Origin: a virus
UHGV virus genome: UHGV-1732640
DNA length: 14,821 bases
Direction: 5' to 3' (one strand)
Made by a program: the position numbers and the translations under genes. The notes under the pieces are model-generated. The model did no database searches, was not told the origin of the DNA, and saw only the letters and a list, made by a program, of their open reading frames with translations. Each line of letters begins with the position of its first letter. Within the stretch, counting starts at the first letter, position 1. Of the stretch, positions 7,936-14,821 are shown in pieces.

Positions 7936-8259
7936 ATGGCAAAGAATTTTGTAGAAGAAGGAAAAACGGTGGCGATTGTTGCCAGTGCAGCCATCAGCAG
8001 CGGAGATCTGGTGCAGGTGGGTGATGTTTTTGCGGTGGCGCTGACCGATATTCCACAGGGTGAAACAGGCGACGGCATGACCGAAGGTGTGTTTATGCTG
8101 CCTAAGCTGAAAACGGATGACATGAAAACGGGTAAGAAGGTTTATCTGAAGTCCGGAAAAGTTCAGCTGACTAACAGCGGCTCTGATCCGCTGGTCGGGG
8201 TTGTCTGGGCAGATGCCGGAACCAGTGCAGAAGAAGTGCCGGTAAAACTCAATGTCTGA
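7936..8259 (+). CDS. Small head protein at the lambda FI/D position (107 aa); possible DUF2190-like decoration or head-completion protein
   Basis: ORF with GGAGA 5 nt before the ATG at 7936 (the ORF-track start at 7891 lies inside the terminator). Located between the capsid gene and the FII-like gene. Functional assignment is tentative. Confidence 0.6.
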   Translation: MAKNFVEEGKTVAIVASAAISSGDLVQVGDVFAVALTDIPQGETGDGMTEGVFMLPKLKTDDMKTGKKVYLKSGKVQLTNSGSDPLVGVVWADAGTSAEEVPVKLNV

Positions 8260-8527
8260 TCCCTTTTCCCGGCTGGCAGCGCATATGGATGCGATCACGG
8301 TCAGAAAGATGGGAAAGACAGCCTCGATTAATGATGCCGATATGACTGTGATCCCGGGAGAAACACTGGCAGAGCTGAATGCTCTGTCCGGACCTGCGGT
8401 CTCTCTGGTGGTGTTTTCTTCGGGATACCGCCCACGGCGCGGGGATCGCGTTGTTTATGACGGACAACAATGGACGGTCACACGGCATGAACGTTTTAAC
8501 GGTAAGCCAATGATCTTTATTGAGTAA
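8252..8527 (+). CDS. Head-tail joining protein (gpFII-like)
   Basis: 91 aa; N-terminus MSDPFSRLAAHMDAITVRKMGKTAS aligns with lambda FII MADFDNLFDAAIARADETIRGYMGTSA; shared RRGD...W.V.R pattern; lies immediately before Z; 8-nt overlap with the preceding gene. Confidence 0.7.
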   Translation: MSDPFSRLAAHMDAITVRKMGKTASINDADMTVIPGETLAELNALSGPAVSLVVFSSGYRPRRGDRVVYDGQQWTVTRHERFNGKPMIFIE

Positions 8528-8538
8528 AGAGGTGTGGG

Positions 8539-9117
8539 ATGAAGGGGCTTGAGAATGCCATCCGTAATCTGAACAGCCTTGATACCCGTATGGTGCCACA
8601 GGCCAGCGCATGGGCGATAAACCGTGTGGCACAGAAAGCGGTCTCGGTCGCCACCCGGCAGGTTGCCGGGAATACCGTTGCGGGAGATAACCAGGTGAAA
8701 GGGATCCCCCTGAAACTGGTACGTCAGCGTGTCCGGGTGTTTAAAGCCAGTCCGTCAGGAAAAATGACGGCCAGGATCCGCGTTAACCGGGGCAATCTGC
8801 CCGCTATTAAGCTGGGGACAGCCCGGGTCAGACTGGCCCGGCGTGGTGGAAAACTGCAGTACCGTGGCAGTGTGCTGAAGGTGGGTAAATATCTTTTCCG
8901 GGATGCGTTTATTCAGCAACTGGCGAATGGTCGCTGGCATGTGATGCGGCGTATTGATGGCAAAAATCGTTACCCCATTGATGTGGTGAAAGTCCCGCTG
9001 TCCGGACCGCTGACACAGGCATTTGAAGATGCCCGCGACCGCATTATTGCTGCGGAAATGCCGAAACAGCTGGGGTATGCACTGAAACAACAACTGAGGT
9101 TATGGCTGACCCGATGA
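8539..9117 (+). CDS. Z: Tail completion protein Z
   Basis: 192 aa, same length as lambda Z, with collinear matches (KGLE..NL, AINRVA, RIRVNRGNLPAIKLG, FIQQLANGRWHVMRR, GKNRYPIDVVK, LGYAL.QQLR); AAGAGG RBS 6 nt upstream. Confidence 0.92.
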   Translation: MKGLENAIRNLNSLDTRMVPQASAWAINRVAQKAVSVATRQVAGNTVAGDNQVKGIPLKLVRQRVRVFKASPSGKMTARIRVNRGNLPAIKLGTARVRLARRGGKLQYRGSVLKVGKYLFRDAFIQQLANGRWHVMRRIDGKNRYPIDVVKVPLSGPLTQAFEDARDRIIAAEMPKQLGYALKQQLRLWLTR

Positions 9118-9515
9118 ACCGACATACACAAATCCGCCAGGCCGTACTGGCACGCCTTCGGGAACAGTGTGGAGACAGCGCCACGTTTTTTGACGGGCTT
9201 CCGGCATTTATTGATGCGCAGGAACTGCCTGCCGTGGCGGTGTGGCTGAGTGATGCTCAGTACACCGGAAAAATGACGGATGAAGATGACTGGCAGGCTG
9301 TTCTGCATATTGCTGTCTTCATCCGGGCACAGGCACCGGATTCAGAGCTGGATATGTGGATGGAGAGCACCATTTTCCCGGCTCTGAATGATATACCGGC
9401 ACTTTCCGGACTCATCGACACCCTGATCCCTCTCGGTTTTAACTATCAACGTGATAATGAGATGGCCACCTGGGCGATGGCGGAAATCACGTACCAGATC
9501 ACGTACACGAATTAA
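9114..9515 (+). CDS. U: Tail terminator protein U
   Basis: Collinear with lambda U (ATFFDG.PA, LPAVAV.L, YTG, LHI.VF, PDSELD.WMES.I.P, IPALS.LI); the start at ATG 9114 (MNRHTQIRQAVL vs lambda MKHTELRAAVL) overlaps the Z stop (ATGA). Confidence 0.9.
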   Translation: MNRHTQIRQAVLARLREQCGDSATFFDGLPAFIDAQELPAVAVWLSDAQYTGKMTDEDDWQAVLHIAVFIRAQAPDSELDMWMESTIFPALNDIPALSGLIDTLIPLGFNYQRDNEMATWAMAEITYQITYTN

Positions 9516-9526
9516 AGGAGGTGGCA

Positions 9527-10270
9527 ATGACCACACCAAATCCACTGGCAAAAACGAAAGGTGCGGGAACGACGTTCTGGATGTACACCGGCAAGGGCGA
9601 TGCGTTTGCGAACCCTTTATCGGACACTGACTGGCTGCGTCTTGCGATGGTGAAGGATCTGCAACCTGGCGAAATGACCGCTGATGCAGAAGATGACACT
9701 TATCTCGATGATGAAGATGCAGACTGGAAAACGACAACCCAGGGGCAGAAATCCGTCGGTGATACTTCGGCGACGCTGGCCTGGCGTCCGGGTGACAGCG
9801 GGCAGAAAAAACTGGTTCAGTTGTTCGACTCCGGTGAAGTCTGCGCGTTTCGTATCAAATATCCCAACGGCACTGTTGATGTTTTCCGTGGCTGGCTGAG
9901 CTCACTGGGTAAAACCATTGCCTCAAAAGACGTGATGACCCGCACAGTGAAAATTAGCGGTGTGGGGCGTCCGCATCTGGCAGAGGAAGGCACTGAAACA
10001 GTGAGCGTTACCGGGCTGACGGTGGCACCGGCATCTGCCAGTGTAAAAGTGGGAGCAACCACCACGCTGACCTTTACAGTAAAACCTGACGGAGCCAGTG
10101 ACAAAGCGATCAGTGTGCATTCGACAGATCCACAGACTGCCACGGTGACCCTGAACGGGCTTGTGGCCACGGTGAAAGGCGTGAAGCAGGGCAGTGTCAG
10201 CATTGTGGGCATGACTTCTGACGGCGATTTTGTGGCCGTGGCTGCGGTGGCTGTCAGCGCCGCAGGTTAA
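9527..10270 (+). CDS. V: Major tail tube protein V with C-terminal Ig-like (Big_2-type) domain
   Basis: Near-collinear with lambda V (KGAGTT.W.Y, ANPLSD.DW.RLA.VKDL.PGE.TA, DDSYLDDEDADW, GDTS.TLAW.PG, NGTVDVFRGW.SS.GK, TRTVK...VGRP); AAGGAGG RBS 6 nt before ATG 9527. Confidence 0.92.
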   Translation: MTTPNPLAKTKGAGTTFWMYTGKGDAFANPLSDTDWLRLAMVKDLQPGEMTADAEDDTYLDDEDADWKTTTQGQKSVGDTSATLAWRPGDSGQKKLVQLFDSGEVCAFRIKYPNGTVDVFRGWLSSLGKTIASKDVMTRTVKISGVGRPHLAEEGTETVSVTGLTVAPASASVKVGATTTLTFTVKPDGASDKAISVHSTDPQTATVTLNGLVATVKGVKQGSVSIVGMTSDGDFVAVAAVAVSAAG

Positions 10271-10290
10271 CAGGACGATACTCATCATTT

Positions 10291-10314
10291 GCCCCGGTTA
10301 TCCGGGGCTTTTTT
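10291..10314 (+). terminator. Rho-independent terminator-like hairpin after V
   Basis: GCCCCGG-TTAT-CCGGGGC stem-loop followed by TTTTTT, 21 nt after the V stop and just upstream of the G RBS. Confidence 0.55.
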
Positions 10315-10330
10315 GCAGGTGGAGAACATG

Positions 10331-10717
10331 ATGTTTCTGAAACAGGGCTCGTTTAATTATGAAAAGCAGTCCGTGGTGCTCAGTGAGCTGTCCGGGCTGC
10401 AGAGAATTGAATATCTGGCGTTTGTTCAGCAGCGAACGGCAAAGTTTGATGCCGAAGAGGGAGAACTGCCGGAGGCTGAACGACAGATTGCTTTTCTGCG
10501 GATGGGGATGGATATCAATGCCTGGCTGGTTTCCCGCTCACTGTGGAATGCGGAACAGTCTCAGGATGTTGAGACGCTTTGCGCATCCGTTATTACAACA
10601 TGGTCGTATGATGCCCTGGGAGCGGGGGCGGAGATGGTTCTGTCGCTGAGCGGTATGGGAGCCATTGAGAATGCCGGGGATTTGGAGCATGAGGTGCTGA
10701 CGCCGGAAAAGTCCTGA
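10331..10717 (+). CDS. G: Tail assembly chaperone G
   Basis: N-terminus MFLKQGSFNYEKQSVVLSELSGLQRIEYLAF parallels lambda G MFLKTESFEHNGVTVTLSELSALQRIEHLAL; GGAGA 5 nt before ATG 10331. Confidence 0.88.
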   Translation: MFLKQGSFNYEKQSVVLSELSGLQRIEYLAFVQQRTAKFDAEEGELPEAERQIAFLRMGMDINAWLVSRSLWNAEQSQDVETLCASVITTWSYDALGAGAEMVLSLSGMGAIENAGDLEHEVLTPEKS

Positions 10718-11055
10718 CGCGGGAAATGCAGTTTGTCATGCGGCTTGCCCGGGAGTTCCGGCGGGCAGACTGGCGGCGGATGCTGTCGGAAATGTCGGCC
10801 ACTGAGCTTGGTGAATGGGGCGATTATTTCCAGATGCAGAGCTTCAGTGATGTGTGGATGGATGCGCAGTTTGCCTCGCTGAAGGCATTGATCGTGAGAA
10901 TGGTGTCCGGTAGCAGTGATGCTGCGGTGGCTGATTTCAGCCTTTTACCGGAAGAGAACGGGATACCGGAGCGAACGGACGAAGAACTGATGCATCTTGG
11001 GGAAGGTATTTCCGGAGGTGTGCGTTATGGACCAGATAGCCAACCTGGTCATTGA
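10331..11055 (+). CDS. T: Tail assembly chaperone G-T fusion, predicted to arise by a programmed -1 ribosomal frameshift near 10705-10711
   Basis: The T frame is -1 relative to G and is open from 10693, overlapping the last 7 G codons. The only A-rich candidate slip site is G GAA AAG (10705-10711), against lambda G GGA AAG. The ATG at 10726 has no RBS, consistent with T being made only as a fusion. The arrangement is conserved in lambda-like tail modules. Confidence 0.6.
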
Positions 11056-14000
11056 TTTGGGGATTGATGCGGCAGAGTTTAAAAATGAAATTCCCCGTAT
11101 CAAAAACCTTCTGAATGGTGCAGCCAGCGATGCAGAACGGTCTTCTGCCCGTATGCAGCGTTTTATGGAGCGTCAGACTCAGGCCGCCCGGCAGACAATG
11201 CAGGCGGCTTCTTCGGCTGCAACAGCCGCATCCGTCCATGCGCAGACGGTGGAGAAGAGCGCACAGGCTCATGAACGCATGGCCCGCGAGGTGGAGCAAA
11301 CCCGCCAGCGTATGGAGGCACTGAGCCAGAAAATGCGCGAGGAACAGGCGCAGGCCATGGCTCTGGCGGAGGCTCAGGATAAAGCGGCTGCCGCGTTTTA
11401 TCGTCAGATTGACAGTGTGAAACAGGCCAGTGCGGGACTGCAGGAATTACAGCGTATTCAGCAGCAGATCCGACAGGCCAGAAACAGTGGCGGGATTGGT
11501 CAGCAGGATTATCTGGCGCTGATTTCTGAGGTTACGGCGAAAACCGGTGTTCTTACGCAGGCTGAGGCAGAGGCTACCCGACAGAAAGTGGCGTTTATCC
11601 GTCAGCTTAAAGAGCAGGCAACCCGCCAGAATCTTTCTTCTTCTGAGTTGCTTCGTGCTAAGGCTGCCCAGCTGGGGGTAAGCAGTGCTGCAGAAGTGTA
11701 TATCCGCAAAATGGAGCAGGCAGGAAAAGCCACGCATTCGCTGGGTCTGAAAAGTGCAGCGGCCCGCCAGGAGATAGGCGTTCTGATAGGTGAACTGGCT
11801 CGCGGCAATTTAGGTGCGCTGAGGGGATCCGGGATAACGCTGGCTAACCGTGCCGGATGGATAGACACACTGATGTCACCGAAAGGCATGATGCTGGGCG
11901 GGGTTATTGGCGGTATTGCCGCGGCCGTCTATGGTCTGGGTAAAGCCTGGTATGATGGTCAGAGGGAGGGGGAAGAATTTAACCGCCAGTTGTCGCTGAC
12001 GGGGCATTATGCCGGAGTCACTGCCGGGCAGCTGTGGACGCTCAGTCGTGCTATTTCCGGGAATGGTATTACGCAACATGCTGCAGCCGGTGCGCTGGCT
12101 CAGGTGGTGGGGAGTGGTGCATTTCGTGGAAACGATATCGGTATGGTGGCGAGAGCTGCCGCACAGATGGAGCGATCGGTTGGCCAGTCGGTCAGCGATA
12201 CCATAAATCAGTTTAAGCGGCTGAAGGATGATCCTGTAAATGCCGCGAAGGCTCTGGACAATGAGCTGCATTTTCTTACTGCCACTCAGCTTGAGCAGAT
12301 ACGCGTCCTTGGGGAACAGGGGCGGTCCAGTGATGCGGCACGGATAGCCATGTCTGCACTGGCAGAGGAAACCGGTCGGCGTACTGCGGATATTGATAAT
12401 AACCTCAATGCGCTGGGCAGTACGCTGAAGTATCTGTCTGATTTATGGAGTCGTTTCTGGGATGCGGCCATGAATATTGGTCGTGAAGACTCGCTGGATG
12501 AACAGATTTCCGCTTTACAGGAGAAAGTGTCGCGGGCGAAAAGACTCCCCTGGACGGCATCATCTTCTCAGGTTGAGTACGATCAGCAGCGTCTTAACGA
12601 GCTTCAGGAGAAAAAACGCCAGAAGGATTTGCAGGATGCAAAAGAGCAGGCAGAGCGGAATTATCAGGAGCAACAGAAACGCCGTAATGCTGAAAATGCT
12701 GCACTGAACCGGATGAATGAAACGGAAGCAGCACGACATCAGCGTGAAATTGCGCGTATTAATTCCATGCAGTACGCCGATCAGGCTGTCAGGGATGCGG
12801 CGATACAACGTGAAAATGAACGTTACGAGAAAGCCCTGGCATCCGGTAAGAAAAAAACACGCGAACCCCGTAATGATGAGGCCACCCGGTTATTGCTGCA
12901 GTACAGTCAGCAACAGGCACAGGTGGAAGGACAGATTGCTGCTGCCAGACAGTCAGCAGGCATTGCCACGGAAAGGATGACAGAAGCGCATAAACAGCTT
13001 CTGGCTCTGCAGCAGCGCATCAGCGACCTGGACGGGAAAAAACTGACGGCAGATGAAAAGAGTGTGCTGGCCCGTAAAGATGAACTGATTCAGGCACTGA
13101 CGCTGCTGGATGTAAAACAGCAGGAGCTTCAGAAACAGACGGCACTCAACGAGCTGAAGAAAAAAACAATTCAGCTGACCAGTCAACTGGCTGAAGAAGA
13201 GCGCGCTCAGCGTCAGCAACATGACCTGGATATCGCCACGGTGGGTATGGGTGATCAGCAGCGGCAGCGATATCAGGTACAACTGAGTCTTCGCCAGAAA
13301 TACCAGCAACAGCTGGAGCAGTTGAGGCGGGATAGTGAGCAGAAAGGAACATATAACACGGATGACTACAGAAAGGCCGAGCAGGCGCTGACGGAGAGCC
13401 TGAACCGACAACTGAATGAGAATCGCCGTTACTGGCAACAGCTTGAAGTTGTGCAGGGTAACTGGAAAAACGGAGTCCTGCGTGCATTTCAGGATTTTAC
13501 CGTGGATGCAGATAATACGGCAGGAACAGCAGAACAGGGGTTCTCGTCAGCCTTCAGCAACATGGGAAATGGCCTGGCAACTTTTGTCACTACCGGCAAA
13601 CTCAATTTCAAATCCTTCACCTCTTCTGTGCTGTCAGATATGGCGAAAATCCTGGCGCAGGCAACCATGATGAAATCGATAAAAGGGATTGGCAGTGTAC
13701 TGGGATTTGATCTCAGCAGCCTTTCCCTGAATGCCAATGGGGGGATTTATCAGTCTGCTGATTTGAGTCGTTACAGTGGCACGGTGGTTAACCGTCCGAC
13801 GTTTTTTGCTTTTGCAAAAGGCGCGGGTGTGATGGGGGAAGCGGGACCTGAAGCCATTCTGCCACTGCGTCGTGGTGCTGACGGTAAGCTGGGGGTTGTG
13901 GCGGATATTGGTGGTTCAGGTATGGCGATGTTTGCCCCGCAGTACAACATCGAGATCAATAACGATGGCACGAACGGGCAGATAGGTCCGGCTGCCCTGA

Positions 14001-14092
14001 AGGTGGTTTATGACCTCGGGAAAAAAGCGGCAGCGGACTTTATACAACAGCAGGCCCGTGATGGTGGTCGGTTAAGTGGAGCATATCGGTAA
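11027..14092 (+). CDS. H: Tail tape measure protein H
   Basis: 1021 aa from ATG 11027 (GGAGG 8 nt upstream; the ORF-track start at 10997 is a TTG). N-terminus LVIDLGIDAAEF resembles lambda H LVVDLSLDAARF; C-terminus NNDGTNGQIGPAALKVVYD...RDGG is nearly identical to lambda H; long Q/E/R/A-rich central region. Confidence 0.92.
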   Translation: MDQIANLVIDLGIDAAEFKNEIPRIKNLLNGAASDAERSSARMQRFMERQTQAARQTMQAASSAATAASVHAQTVEKSAQAHERMAREVEQTRQRMEALSQKMREEQAQAMALAEAQDKAAAAFYRQIDSVKQASAGLQELQRIQQQIRQARNSGGIGQQDYLALISEVTAKTGVLTQAEAEATRQKVAFIRQLKEQATRQNLSSSELLRAKAAQLGVSSAAEVYIRKMEQAGKATHSLGLKSAAARQEIGVLIGELARGNLGALRGSGITLANRAGWIDTLMSPKGMMLGGVIGGIAAAVYGLGKAWYDGQREGEEFNRQLSLTGHYAGVTAGQLWTLSRAISGNGITQHAAAGALAQVVGSGAFRGNDIGMVARAAAQMERSVGQSVSDTINQFKRLKDDPVNAAKALDNELHFLTATQLEQIRVLGEQGRSSDAARIAMSALAEETGRRTADIDNNLNALGSTLKYLSDLWSRFWDAAMNIGREDSLDEQISALQEKVSRAKRLPWTASSSQVEYDQQRLNELQEKKRQKDLQDAKEQAERNYQEQQKRRNAENAALNRMNETEAARHQREIARINSMQYADQAVRDAAIQRENERYEKALASGKKKTREPRNDEATRLLLQYSQQQAQVEGQIAAARQSAGIATERMTEAHKQLLALQQRISDLDGKKLTADEKSVLARKDELIQALTLLDVKQQELQKQTALNELKKKTIQLTSQLAEEERAQRQQHDLDIATVGMGDQQRQRYQVQLSLRQKYQQQLEQLRRDSEQKGTYNTDDYRKAEQALTESLNRQLNENRRYWQQLEVVQGNWKNGVLRAFQDFTVDADNTAGTAEQGFSSAFSNMGNGLATFVTTGKLNFKSFTSSVLSDMAKILAQATMMKSIKGIGSVLGFDLSSLSLNANGGIYQSADLSRYSGTVVNRPTFFAFAKGAGVMGEAGPEAILPLRRGADGKLGVVADIGGSGMAMFAPQYNIEINNDGTNGQIGPAALKVVYDLGKKAAADFIQQQARDGGRLSGAYR

Positions 14093-14421
14093 TGGAGACG
14101 TTTCACTGGAAAGTGCGCCCGGATATGAATGTGGTATCAGAGCCGAAAGTGGTGACAGTGAAGCTGGGCGATGGTTATGAACAGCGTCGTGCGGCGGGAC
14201 TGAATAACCAGTTGTCGATTTACAGCGTGACGATACGTGTTCGTAAATGTGAACACCCATCTTTAAAAGCCTTTCTGGAACGGCACGGTGGCGTCCGCGC
14301 ATTTCAGTGGACGCCACCTTATGACTGGAAGCCGATCAGGGTGGTTTGTCGTAAATGGTCGGCAAGCGTGGGGGCGCTGTGGATAACCATAACGGCAGAT
14401 TTTGAACAGGTCGTGGCATAG
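14092..14421 (+). CDS. M: Minor tail protein M
   Basis: 109 aa, same length as lambda M, collinear (FHWKV.P.M, GDGY.QR, YSVT, HGG...F.WTPPY.W, KW, FEQVV); start overlaps the H stop (TAATG). Confidence 0.92.
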   Translation: METFHWKVRPDMNVVSEPKVVTVKLGDGYEQRRAAGLNNQLSIYSVTIRVRKCEHPSLKAFLERHGGVRAFQWTPPYDWKPIRVVCRKWSASVGALWITITADFEQVVA

Positions 14422-14430
14422 GAGGCTCTG

Positions 14431-14821
14431 ATGCAGGATATTCCACAGGAAACACATCATGAGACGACACGCCTCACTCAGTCAGCCCAGGTGGTGCTCT
14501 GGGAAATCGATCTGACAGAGGTCGGTGGTGAACGTTATTTTTTCTGTAATGAGCAGAACGAAAAAGGTGAGCCGGTTACCTGGCAGGGGCGGCAGTATCA
14601 GGCATACCCCATTCAGGGGACGGGATTTGAACTGAATGGCAAGGGCAGTGCTGCCCGTCCGACACTGACGGTTTCTAACCTGCACGGCATGGTCACCGGG
14701 ATGGCGGAAGACCTGCAGAGTCTGGTCGGCGGAACGGTGGTCCGGCGTAAGGTTTACGCCCGTTTTCTGGATGCGGTGAACTTCGTCAACGGAAACAGTT
14801 ACGCCGATCCGGAGCAGGAGG
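14431..14821 (+). CDS. L: Minor tail protein L (5' portion; runs off the window)
   Basis: Open frame from ATG 14431 (GGAGG 5 nt upstream) to the window end; translation MQDIPQETHHETTRLTQSAQVVLWEIDLTEVGGERYFFCNEQNEKGEPVTWQGRQYQAYPIQG... is nearly identical to the lambda L N-terminus. Confidence 0.92.
   Translation, partial: MQDIPQETHHETTRLTQSAQVVLWEIDLTEVGGERYFFCNEQNEKGEPVTWQGRQYQAYPIQGTGFELNGKGSAARPTLTVSNLHGMVTGMAEDLQSLVGGTVVRRKVYARFLDAVNFVNGNSYADPEQE

Larger units (their letters stand above)
1..14821 (+). mobile_element. Lambdoid phage/prophage late region (cos, DNA packaging, head and tail morphogenesis); window holds only part of the element
   Basis: Uninterrupted same-strand array with overlapping start/stop junctions; gene order matches lambda Nu1-A-W-B ... 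Z-U-V-G-T-H-M-L; tail proteins show long collinear residue matches to lambda proteins recalled from memory. Confidence 0.9.

Noticed and set aside
5664-8632. Antisense and off-frame ORFs within the capsid and head-completion genes (including 6908-7492 (-) 194 aa, 7761-8123 (-), 7903-8298 (-), 8249-8632 (-))
   Set aside because: Fully overlapped by strongly supported + strand genes; no independent start signals; compositional shadows.
8755-10288. Minus-strand ORFs overlapping Z, U and V (8755-9093, 8970-9308, 9342-9737, 9817-10212, 9923-10288) and + ORF 9684-9899
   Set aside because: Antisense or off-frame to genes with clear lambda homology; no RBS or motif support.
10359-10802. ORF 10359-10649 (+) and 10593-10802 (-) within G/T
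   Set aside because: Off-frame overlaps of the G chaperone gene; no evidence of independent function.
10726-11055. T as an independently initiated gene starting at ATG 10726
   Set aside because: No Shine-Dalgarno upstream of this ATG and the frame is open upstream into G; the conserved lambda-type arrangement makes expression as a G-T frameshift fusion more likely.
11115-13971. Multiple minus-strand and off-frame ORFs inside the tape measure gene (e.g. 12953-13438 (-) 161 aa, 13146-13487 (-), 11876-12271 (-))
   Set aside because: Leu-rich antisense translations of the Q/E/A-rich coiled-coil coding region; classic reverse-strand shadows with no start signals.
14072-14685. Minus-strand ORFs overlapping M and L (14072-14317, 14263-14460, 14482-14685)
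   Set aside because: Antisense to genes with near-identical lambda homologs; no support.
1-14821. CRISPR arrays, tRNA/rRNA genes, integrase/attachment site, toxin-antitoxin or recognisable defence systems
   Set aside because: No regularly spaced direct repeats, no tRNA-like cloverleaf candidates and no recombinase-like ORF were seen; the window is almost fully occupied by structural genes, so only the AT-rich island is a plausible cargo site.

Overview
The window reads as a contiguous late (morphogenesis) region of a lambdoid siphovirus-type phage or prophage, almost all on the + strand. From left to right: an AT-rich accessory island (187-1091) with one minus-strand and one plus-strand small ORF; a ~470 bp non-coding stretch carrying a lambda-like cos site (cosN-like core ~1378-1389, IHF-consensus match ~1439-1451); terminase small and large subunits; a gpW-like connector; portal; a single ORF fusing a ClpP-like prohead protease, a linker and an HK97-fold major capsid protein; two small head-completion genes; then a tail module collinear with lambda Z-U-V-G-(G-T frameshift)-H-M-L, with L running off the 3' end. 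Gene identities rest on my reading of the supplied translations against remembered lambda protein sequences and family motifs; no database search was run. I found no clearly novel system. The most open questions are the AT-rich island, the fused protease-capsid gene and a non-canonical G-T slippery site.
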